Part shown: positions 40,759 through 50,472 of the stretch, piece after piece
How the letters are laid out: each line of letters starts with the position of its first letter
How positions within the stretch are numbered: the first letter of the stretch is position 1
Source of the DNA: Planctomycetota bacterium
GTDB taxonomy: Bacteria; Planctomycetota; MHYJ01; WSZJ01
DNA: 64,000 nt
Direction: 5' to 3'
Assembly (NCBI GenBank): GCA_038060895.1
Contig: JBBTCT010000036.1
Location: 4,883-68,882 of the forward strand
Notes under the pieces: generated by a model
Database searches by the model: none
What the model was told of the DNA's origin: nothing
The model's input: only the letters and a program-made list of their open reading frames with translations
Program-made: the position numbers and the translations under genes

Positions 40759-43700
40759 GCGCGCATCCGGCTGTGGGCAGAACAGGAATGCTGGCCGCGG
40801 GAATCGCCGCGTTTCTGGTCACGGTCGGGATCGTCATCGTGATGAAGAGCGGGCAGGGCGCGGCCGCGGCGGCCCCCCTGGCGCGGCCCTCGAAGTACAT
40901 AGTGGATGTGGAGCTCTCCGAGAGGACGTACGAAGTCGCAAACGCGTCTCTGAAGGGACGATTCGTGAAGGGACTGAAGGAGATGGACTGGGAGAAGGCG
41001 CGGGCGGGTTTGGCGACGGGGTTCCGGGGCAGGTTTCCGGCGCCGCTCGAGGGACGGGAAGTTGCGGACGGCTGGGTGGGTGTGCGCGATTACGCCGCAG
41101 CAGGCCTTCCCGAACTCGACGCTGACGCCTTTCTCGGCGTGTTGCGCGACCACCTCGCCGGATGGGCTGTCGTGGAGCGCACGACCTGGCGGCCGTTCGA
41201 GTTCCTGCTCGACCCGGGACTCAAGTCCGCCTACATCAGCCTGCATTTCCAGGTCGCCGGACAGAAACCGGACGGCCTTCGTGCGGACCTGAGCGGCATC
41301 CTGAGCGGCCGGATCGCAAGCGCCGACGGGAAGGACTGGCACATCGAGCGCCTCGAGTGGGTGGAGGGAACGCGCCTCGATTCCTCCCGGCCGCCCTGGG
41401 TGGACATCACGGACGAAACCGGGCTTCACTTCAATGAGTCCGAATCCAACCTCAAGCTCCGCCGCTCGATGATCGACGACCGCGGGCTGACGACCTCGGG
41501 GTCGCTGGTCGTTTCCGACTGGAACCGCGACGGTTTTCCCGACGTGCTGGCCAGCGTTCAGACAGGCATCCTCGCCCTTTTCCTCAACGATGGCCGGGGC
41601 GGCTTCGTCCGCGGAAAGGCGCCGGAAGTTGCTCCCGACCACGTGGCCACCGCCTACGTGGCGCTGGACCTGGATGGGGACGGCACGGACGAGCTTGTGA
41701 GCGGCCTGGTCCAGGTCGATCCCGGAGGGAAGGCGCGATTCCCGGTCTACATCCGCCGCGGAGAAGGCTGGGAAACGCGCTGGATCCGCTTCGACGTCCC
41801 GGTCGGGCTGCACGCCGTGAGCGTCCAGGGAATCGTCCCGGATGACTTCGACCGTGACGGGGACCTCGATCTGTTCTTCTGCTGCTACTCGAATGGCGAC
41901 TCGAAACACGTGGAATTCAACCGGGTCGTCGCCTATGACGGCGCGGACAACTACCTGTTCGTCAACCAGGGCGGATTCGCGTTCACGGAGGAGTCCGACA
42001 CACGAGGCCTCACGGGGACGCAGTACACCTACGTGGCAAAGTGGTGGGACTTCGATTTCGACGGCGATCTAGACCTGTTCGAGGGGAACGACTTCGGCCC
42101 GAACCACCTGTGGCTGAACGACGGCAAGGGGCGGTTTACGGACGCGAAGACGCACATTTTCGACGCGGACACGAACTACACGATGGGCGTCACGATCGCG
42201 GACTGGGAAAACGACGGGACCTGGGGAATGTATATCTCGAACATGTACAGCCATGCCGGGAATCGCGTCTTCCTGCTCGCCGACAACATGGGGCCCGAGA
42301 TGCGCCGGCTGGGGCTGCTGCTCGCGCAGGGGAACCAGTTTTACGAATGCGACCCGAAGAGCCGCGAGTGGCGGGAGACGGCGGTTTCGCGCCGCGTGAA
42401 CTGGGCCGACTGGGCATGGGGCACTTTCTTCTTCGACGCCGACAACGATGGCGACCGAGACCTCTGGGTCACCAACGGCTTCACCACGAACACCGACCCG
42501 AACGCCCCCGACTACTGAACTCACTTCTGGCGGCAGGTCGCCGCCGATGCCCGCGCCCTGGAAACCCGGCGTCGTCCGGAGCAGGATGCCAGGGCCGACC
42601 AGAAATTCCGCGGCTCCTGGAGCGGCTACGAGCGGGATTTCCTCTTCTATAACACCGACGGCCCGTCCGCCACCCTCCCCAACGCCGCCTACCTCTGCGG
42701 CCTCGATTTTGACGACGACGGACGCGCCGCGGCGCCCGTCGATATCGACGGGGACGGGGACCTCGACCTCGTCGTCCTCTCGCTTCAGGGCCTGCGCGTC
42801 GTCGAAAACACCGCTCCCGGCCGGCGCTTTCTTCGGCTCCGACTCGAAGGCGCGAAAGGACAGGCCGACGCGCTCGGCGCGTTGGTAAAGGTCGTGGCGG
42901 GTGGAGTAACGCAGCAGGACTACGCGCGCCTGACCGACGGATTCGCGACGCAGGTGCCGTTCGACCTGCACTTCGGGCTGGGGGAAGCGAAGCTCGCCGA
43001 CCGGGTGGTGGTGACGTGGCCCGGGGGGGAGACCCAGACGGCGCTCGACGTGCCGGCAGACCGGCTGGTCACGATCCGCCGCGGAAAGGACGGATTCGAA
43101 GCCCGCGAACTCCCGGGCTGGCCGGCCGGGTCGCGGCACGGGGTGCGGCCCGCGTTTTCGTTCGTCGAGGCCGCGACGAAGCTGGAAGGTGGTGCGGGAC
43201 CGCTGGCGGCGAAGGGGCGTCCGGCGGTGTTCAATTTCTGGTCGCCTTCCTGCGCTCCCTGCAAGGAAGAGTTGCCGCGCCTGGCCGCGCTTGCCGCGCA
43301 GTACCGCGACGTCGCGCAGTTCGCAGGCGTCTGCGTCGAAACCACGGACCTCGAGGCCGTTCGCGCCGCAGCGAAGTGTTTCGAAATCCCTTACCCGCTC
43401 TTCCTCGCCGATGAAGCCCTGCTCAAGTCCTTCTTCGGTACCGGAGGCGACGTGCCTCTCCCTTCCACTTTCGTGTTCGACGGCAACGGCGACCTCCGAA
43501 GGATCTTTCGCCGCGAGGTCGGGCAGGAAGAGCTGGGCCTGCTTCTCGCCTCCTTCAGCGACGAAGGAACCGGCGCAGCCGAGCTGGACCGGCGCGGCGC
43601 CCGGGCTCACCACCTGGGGAACGATCCCGAGGCCCTCGAGTGGCTGAAGAAAGCGCTGGCCGTGGATCCCGACTCCATGCTCGCGACATACCACATGGGG

Positions 43701-44141
43701 CTCGTGCTTCTGGGACTGGGGCGCCCCGAAGAGGGGATCGCCCACCTGCGTCGCGCCGCCGAACTGGACCCGGAGTACTGGAACGCTTGGTACAACCTCG
43801 GCGCGGCACTTCACAACAGGCGCGACTTCAAGGGTGCCGCCGAAGCCTACCGGAACGCACACAAACTCCGCCCGACCGACATCGTCATCCTCCTGAGTTT
43901 CGGCAATTCGGCGGGAAAGTCCGGCCAGGCCGCGCTCGCCTTCGAGTGCTTCGACCGCGCCGTAGCTCTTCAGCCCGGGAACGCGACGGCGTGGGGGATG
44001 AAGGGCGAGTACCATTTCGTCGTCGGGCAGATTCCCGCGGCGAAGGCGTGTTTTGCGAAAGCGCTCGCGATTGATCCGAATGAGCCGAATTCGCGTGCGT
44101 ACGGCAAAGAGATCGAGAATATTGAAAGGGGAAGAAAGTGA
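40755..44141 (+). CDS. Candidate selenoprotein copy 4 (FG-GAP / ASPIC-UnbV / TlpA / TPR), about 1128 aa with UGA at 42516-42518
   Basis: NAPDY-TGA-THFWRQVA; 121 open conserved codons after the TGA contain no ATG/GTG/TTG; FWSPSCAPC; GTG start overlaps copy 3 stop (alternative ATG 40788). Confidence 0.85.
42516..42547 (+). promoter_or_regulatory. UGA plus SECIS-like hairpin (copy 4)
   Basis: TGA-ACTCACT-TC-T-GGCGGC-AGGTC-GCCGCC-GA; G-C pair replaces the A-U pair of copies 1 and 2. Confidence 0.75.
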
Positions 44142-47100
44142 CCGTGAAACCGCCGGTGGCGCCCGCGAAGCGCGTGCAGATTCCGATGATGATTCCCGCC
44201 TGTTTTCTTGCGCTGGCGGCGATCGTCGCGCTGATGATCTACCTGAAGAACCTACCGAAGTCGACGGGGCCCTTCCTGACGCGCCCGGAGACTTTCGTGA
44301 CGGACTTCGCGAAGTCGGAAGGAGTGCACGACCTTGCCACGAGCGGCGGAACCGACAAGAAGACCGGCGCCGCCGTCAAGGGCGTGAAGGGGACGTTCCT
44401 GAAAGGGATGCGCGAGCGGGACTGGGGGATGATGGCCTCCGGAATGGCGCCGGGTTTCCGGGCCCGCTTCCCGCAAATTGCCGATGGAAAAGAAGTTCCC
44501 GACGGCCTGCTCCGGATCCGGCAATACGAGGGCTCGGAGCTCAAGCGCGAGCTGGACAAGGACGCGTTCACGTCGGTGATGAAGGAGCAGGTCGGCCCGT
44601 GGGCGGCAGTGGAGCGCGCCGTGTGGCGCTCGTTCGAGTTCCTGCTCGACCCGGGTGAAAAGAGTGCGTTCCTCAGTGCCCATTTCCAGCTTGCCGGGAT
44701 TCTCCCGGACGGCGGGCGCGTCGATTTCACGGGAGTCATCCAGGCCCGGGTGATCCGCGACGGCGACGTCTGGAAAGTGAAGCAGTTCGGGCTCGTCGAG
44801 GGGTGGCGGGCGGAATCGAGCTTCATGCCGTTCAACGACATCACCGATCAGGTCGGGCTGGCGTTCAACGAGTCCGAGGAGCGCCGCAAGGTCGCGCAGG
44901 GGCTGATCAACGACCGGGGCGTCGTCACGAGCGGGGGATTGACCGTCGCGGATTTCAATGACGACGGATTTCCCGACATCCTCGCCGCCTCGATCCACAA
45001 CGACGCGATCCTCTTCGTCAACGACGGACAGGGAGGCTTCATCCGCGGACCCGTCGTCACCAATCCGGAGGAATGCGGCCCCTGCTGGCTGTCCGTCGAT
45101 CTCGACGGCGACGGGGTCGAAGAGCTGGTCAGCTCCCAGGTCCTCTCGTACGAGGGCAACAAGGCGAAAGGCGCGATCTATCGCCGCAAGGGCGACGCCT
45201 GGGTGCTCGTTCCGGACGCGCTGGTTTTCCCGATTGGGCAGGGGGAGCGCGACCTTTCGATCCAGGGGATCGTTCCGCACGACGTCGACGGGAACGGACT
45301 CCTCGACCTGTTCTTCTGCGTCTACAGCAACCGCAACTCGAAGGGGCCGAACTACAACCGCGTCGTCGCCTACGACGGCGCCGACAACCATCTCTTCATG
45401 AACAAGGGCCACCTCGCATTCTCCGAGGAGTCCGACGCCCGCGGCATCACGGGGACGCAGTACACCTACGTCGCAAAATTCTGGGACTTCGATTTCGACG
45501 GGGATACGGACCTCTTCGAAGGGAATGACTACGGCCCGAATCACCTGTGGCTGAACGACGGGAAGGGAAAGTTCACCGACGCGAAGAGCCACATCTTCAA
45601 CGCCGATTCGAACTACACGATGGGCGTCACGATTGCCGACTGGGACAACACGGGCGCCTGGTCGATGTACATCTCCAACATGTACAGCCATGCGGGGAAC
45701 CGGATCCTTCCTCTCATGACCGGAGTGAAGGACGACACGAAGCGGCTCGGGCTGGTTCTCGCCCAGGGAAACCAGATGTACGAGTACGTCCCGGCAGGAC
45801 GGCAGTGGACCGAGACCGGCGTCAAGCGGGGCGTGAACTGGGCGGACTGGGCCTGGGCCTGCCTCTTCTGGGATCCCGACAACGACGGCGACCGCGACCT
45901 CTTCGTCGCGGACGGGTACACGACGAATTCCGACCCGAAGGCGCCCGATTACTGAACGTTTTTCTGGCGGCAGGTCGCCGCCGACGCGTCCGCACTGGAG
46001 AAGAAGGAGCAGGCATCCCTCGCCCGCAGCGAGGAGGACGCGCGTTTTCGCGGCTCCTGGAGCGGCTACGAGCGCGATTTTCAGTTCCACAACGCCGACG
46101 GGCCGTGCCCGGTTTTCTTCAATACGGCGTACCTGTGCGGCCTCGACTTCGACGACGACGGTCGCGCGGCCGCTCCTGTCGATATCGACGGGGACGGTGA
46201 CCTCGACCTCGTCCTGCTCTCGCTGCAGGGCCTGCGCGTCATGGAAAACCGCATGCCGCGAAGGCGCTTCGCGCGCCTCCGCCTCACCGCGACCACGACT
46301 GAGCCCCTCGCCCTCGGCGCCATCGTGTCTCTCACCGCCGGCGGCGTTACGCAGCAGGACTACGTCCGCATCACCGACGGGTTCATGACACAGGTCCCGC
46401 GCGAACTTCATTTCGGCATCGGCAACGCCGATAAAATCGACCGCATCACCGTTCGCTGGCCGGGCGGGAACGCGAAGGTCTATTCGGACATCCCCGCCGA
46501 CCGCCTGGTGGAAATCCGGGAGGACGAAGCGGCGCCGAAGGTGTCCGAGCTTCCGGCCTGGCCCGAGGCCACGCGCCCGAAGGCGCGCCCGTCATTCTCG
46601 TTCGAGACGGCCCTCGATCGGCTGGCGGGCGGAAAGGCGCCGCTCGCCACGACAGGAAAGCCCGCGGTCGTGAACTTCTGGTCCCCGACGTGCGCACCGT
46701 GCAAGGAGGAACTGCCGCGCCTGGCCGCGCTGGCGAGAGAATTCGGCGACCGCGTGCAGTTCGCGGGGGTCTCCGCCGAGTCGAAGGATCTTGAATCCGT
46801 TAGGAAGTCGGTCGCCGACTTCGGCGTCCCCTACCCGCAATTCCTGGCTAACGAGGCCTTCCTCAAGAGCTTCTTCGGCACCGGGGACGCCATTCTCCCC
46901 TCGACCTTTGTTTTCGACGGCGCCGGCCGCCTGCGGCAGTCCTTCCACCGCGCGATCTCACAGCCCGAGCTTGCTGCGCTCCTGGAATCCTTCCGCGAGG
47001 AATCCGTCGCCGCCGCCGATCTCGTCGCGCGAGGCTCCGCCCTCATCCAGAGCGGGGACTTCGAAGCGGCCGCCCGCTTCCTGCATGACGCCGTCAAGGC

Positions 47101-47632
47101 CGACCCGGAGTCTTCCGCGGCACTTAATCAACTGGGCACGGCGCTGAGCGGGGTTGCGGGGTCCATTGAATCGGGAAAAACGCCCGCGGCCGACGCCGCC
47201 GAAGCAGAACGTCGCCGGCAGCAGGCCATTCCGAAGTGGGAGGAAGCCATTGTCTGGCTTCAGCGGGCCGTCGCTCTCGACGCCGACTTCTCCGAGGCGC
47301 AGTACAACCTCGGCGTGGCTCTCCAGCGCACAGGCCGCTACGAGGCCGCGATCAAGGCACTGGAGGAGGCGCTTCGCGTCGTCCCGAATTCCTACGACTC
47401 CCTCTATTCTCTCGGGATGTCGGCGGGGGCGGCCAGGCAGAACGCCCTCGCGGGGGACGCCTTCGAGCGGGCGATCGTGCTCGCGCCCCGCCGCCCCGAG
47501 GCGTGGGTTGGAAAAGGGCTGTGGCTGCGCCAGATAGGGAAGATGGAGGAGGCGAAGAGCGCGCTTCAGAAGGCGGTTGAGCTCGACCCCTCGAATGAGG
47601 AGGCCCGTGGCATCCTCCAGGGGATGCCATAG
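44138..47632 (+). CDS. Candidate selenoprotein copy 5 (FG-GAP / ASPIC-UnbV / TlpA / TPR), about 1164 aa with UGA at 45953-45955
   Basis: KAPDY-TGA-TFFWRQVA; 95 open conserved codons before the first downstream start; FWSPTCAPC; GTG start overlaps copy 4 stop. Confidence 0.85.
45953..45984 (+). promoter_or_regulatory. UGA plus SECIS-like hairpin (copy 5)
   Basis: TGA-ACGTTTT-TC-T-GGCGGC-AGGTC-GCCGCC-GA. Confidence 0.75.
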
Positions 47633-47645
47633 TGGTTCGACACGC

Positions 47646-47690
47646 TTGATTCCGGGGGTCGCACCCTTCAGGTGCGACTCCCCGAATCAA
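47646..47690. repeat. Long intergenic hairpin / REP-like element
   Basis: TTGATTCCGGGGGTCGCACC-CTTCA-GGTGCGACTCCCCGAATCAA near-perfect inverted repeat; its left flank is shared with 55833-55856. Confidence 0.6.
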
Positions 47691-47718
47691 AGCTGACTCA
47701 CCATCCGGGGGTTTGCCA

Positions 47719-47748
47719 TTGACTCAACCCAAGGCGCATTCGTACCGT
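47719..47748 (+). promoter_or_regulatory. Putative sigma70 promoter of lipoprotein B
   Basis: TTGACT-18 nt-TACCGT, same geometry as the promoter upstream of lipoprotein A. Confidence 0.45.
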
Positions 47749-47759
47749 TACAGGCTCGA

Positions 47760-50462
47760 ATGAGTCCAATCCCACCCGCGAGAGGCGCCTTGAGAGCGCG
47801 GATTTCCCCCGCTTTCGCGGCCGCCCTGGCCGCAGCGTTGCTTCTGCCCGTCCTTGCCGGGTGCAAGCGCGGAGGGGGATCGTCCGGCTCCGGGTCTGGC
47901 AGTTACGCCCTGACGTCGTTCCCCGGCGCACCTGTCTCCGACGGTGACGTGGCATCGGACGGCAAGGGGCTGAGCCCGCCCGGGATGAGCGTGATTGCGG
48001 GCTCCGTGCGCTGTACGCCAAATGGCGACCGGGGCACCCTGATGGTGACGTACGGAGTGCTGTCCGGGGACCCGCCGGTCACGAACCTCATAGGCCAGTA
48101 CTTTGACGGGGAAGCCTGGACTCCGCCGGTGACGCTGGGCGCCATCGATGCGAGCAGCGCGCCGGGCTCGATCACGTACTCGTCCGTGGCCCACGCGTGG
48201 GTCAACACCGGCGACCACCTGGCCGAGACGGCCAGCGACCGGGACGGCGACTGCATCATTTTCTGGCGATGCAACGACGCGGACGACGACGGTATCCTCA
48301 CCCCGGACGGCGCGAACGCCAACCTGTTCGCAACCTATTTCAACTCGCGCCAGAGCGGCGACATCGCCAGCCGGTACGGCTTTCAGGAATTCGCCAGCCG
48401 TCTGAGCGTGGAAGACGAGGCGGGGGAAGACGTCACTTCGTTCGGATTCGCGACCGACGGGCTGTGCGGCGAAGCGCGTTGGGACAGCGGCGAGAACTCT
48501 TACCGTTACGGCGAGCAGACGACGGGGATCGTCGTCTTCTGGAACCAGCGCGAAAACAACGACGGTTTGGCGGGGTTCGACGACCGCTCGCTCTGCGCGT
48601 GCCATATCGCGCTCGATTTCGCGCTGGACGCAGCCCTGCCGCTCGAATCCGGGGCGGGGATCGGCGGCGCCACTCGGCTCCCGATCGACGCCATGGGCGC
48701 CTCGGACGTGGGATCGTCGAGCGAGGAGACCCAGGTGGACTCGGGCTTCCTGTCCTACAACAACCTCCTCGTGTTCCGCGTCGCGGCCGACAACCTGACG
48801 GAAGCGGACGATGAGGCGGAGCACGTCTTCGACGGGGGGCCCACGTCCTACAACGGCCCGTCCGCACTCGGGGAAGACTCTTCTCTCGAGTACGTCTCGT
48901 TCGAACTCGCCCTCGGTACTTCCACGGCCGGCGCCGTTCTTCACGCGACCGTTCCCGTCTCCAGTTCCTCGGACGCGCTTCGCAACGATGCCGACTTCCT
49001 GACCCCGGCGGACGGGGCCTCCGTTTTCGGCTCAACGGCGTTCGGCACGGACGAGGGGCTCGCCTGCTTCGTGCTCTTCTCGGCGGAATCCGACAGCGAC
49101 ACGAACGACTCCAAGGTCGACGCCGGTGACTCAGGCGGCGTTGCGATCTCCGAGATCGACCCTGTGACCGGCGGTCTCCTCTCCCACTCGTTGCTCAGCG
49201 CGGCGGATCCGGTCATCTCCGACTTCATCAACTCGGGACAGGTCAGTGCGCGCATCAGCCGGAACGGCGACTACGTCATGCTCGCCTGGCTGCAGGCCGC
49301 CGCGGCCGGTCCAACCCCGGATGCTGCGCTCAGGGTGGCCCAGTACCTGACGACCCGTCCGGATGAAGACGGGCTCTTCGCCGTGCCCGCCATCTCCGCT
49401 TCGCTCAGCGCCCCCGTCACGGTGAGCGTGGATGTGGACGGCGTCGATGTCGCGAGCTTCGCCTGGCAGGAGGGACTGTCCTACATCTGCGGAGCCCAGT
49501 CGGACCCGGATGTCATGAACGTCGCATTCGCTCACGCGGACGGCGTGGTGGACCGTCTGTTTTCCGGAAGAGTCGTCGCGAACTTCTCGGCGCCCCCTGT
49601 ACCCTCGGCGCTTTCAGTTCTCCTTGCTGCGGGCGAGGCGACAATCTGGTCTCTCGCCCCCGCGCTCAACGACGCCGGCCACCAATACCGCATCATCGAC
49701 AGCGGGGAAGGCGGCAACGTCTTCGCCGTCTACAACATGGACGTGGACACGGGCGCCGGAACCGATTTCCGCGTGTTCGCCCAGCGCACCGGCCTGTCCT
49801 CCGGATTCGGCCCCATCGACAGCAACGTGGACTTCCGCGAGGCCGGACTGCAGCCCTTCACCCTGCTGGGTACCCCCGCCGGGAACGACATCGGCCTTTT
49901 CGATCCCTCCACGGGCGAAGACAGCCCGGACCGCCCGCACGGCTACACCCGCCTCCACGTCTTCTTCCGCGAGCAGAAGACCTCCACGGCGTCCGGCGCC
50001 GGGTTCGCCCTCCGGACCCGCGCGTTCGACACCTCAGACTCCGGATTGGCCTTCGGCGACTCCTTTACCCCGGGCGCCGGGTCCGCGTACGACCAGCCGT
50101 TCGACCTCGACCTGCCGTTCATCGACCCCTCCGTGTCCCTCGATGCCGAAGTCGTCGGCTTCACCTCGGACGGCGACGACGTGGGCGTCTACTTCACCGA
50201 GACCCTCCACATCTGGTACCAGGAATTCCACCCCGACGGCATGGCCCTCGGCTGGATCAATGACCTCGGCGTCTCCACACCGCTCCTGGTCGACGACGAC
50301 GTCGCCGCCGAATCCGAATCGGACAAGCCCATCGAAACCTTCGAACTGTTCGTCACCCGCACCTGCACCTGCGCGACCCTCCACGGCGCCACCGTCTTCT
50401 TCACAAAGACCGCGGACGACCTCACCCTGGACAAGCGCCTTCGCGTGCGTATCCGCGAGTAG
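47760..50462 (+). CDS. Large acidic lipoprotein B of unknown family (about 900 aa), paralogue of 29035..31752
   Basis: Lipobox VLAG-C, Gly/Ser linker; shared blocks DGKG.SP, WTPPV.L, DGLCG.A.W, SSEET.V, RNGDY, CGAQSDP, CTC..L; start may be TTG 47790. Confidence 0.85.
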   Translation: MSPIPPARGALRARISPAFAAALAAALLLPVLAGCKRGGGSSGSGSGSYALTSFPGAPVSDGDVASDGKGLSPPGMSVIAGSVRCTPNGDRGTLMVTYGVLSGDPPVTNLIGQYFDGEAWTPPVTLGAIDASSAPGSITYSSVAHAWVNTGDHLAETASDRDGDCIIFWRCNDADDDGILTPDGANANLFATYFNSRQSGDIASRYGFQEFASRLSVEDEAGEDVTSFGFATDGLCGEARWDSGENSYRYGEQTTGIVVFWNQRENNDGLAGFDDRSLCACHIALDFALDAALPLESGAGIGGATRLPIDAMGASDVGSSSEETQVDSGFLSYNNLLVFRVAADNLTEADDEAEHVFDGGPTSYNGPSALGEDSSLEYVSFELALGTSTAGAVLHATVPVSSSSDALRNDADFLTPADGASVFGSTAFGTDEGLACFVLFSAESDSDTNDSKVDAGDSGGVAISEIDPVTGGLLSHSLLSAADPVISDFINSGQVSARISRNGDYVMLAWLQAAAAGPTPDAALRVAQYLTTRPDEDGLFAVPAISASLSAPVTVSVDVDGVDVASFAWQEGLSYICGAQSDPDVMNVAFAHADGVVDRLFSGRVVANFSAPPVPSALSVLLAAGEATIWSLAPALNDAGHQYRIIDSGEGGNVFAVYNMDVDTGAGTDFRVFAQRTGLSSGFGPIDSNVDFREAGLQPFTLLGTPAGNDIGLFDPSTGEDSPDRPHGYTRLHVFFREQKTSTASGAGFALRTRAFDTSDSGLAFGDSFTPGAGSAYDQPFDLDLPFIDPSVSLDAEVVGFTSDGDDVGVYFTETLHIWYQEFHPDGMALGWINDLGVSTPLLVDDDVAAESESDKPIETFELFVTRTCTCATLHGATVFFTKTADDLTLDKRLRVRIRE

Positions 50463-50472
50463 ACGCGCCTCC

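Noticed and set aside
13503-47632. Five pseudogenes or sequencing errors causing premature stops
   Set aside because: Same codon, same aligned position and a covarying downstream hairpin in five diverged copies on both strands, with no other lesions in either half.
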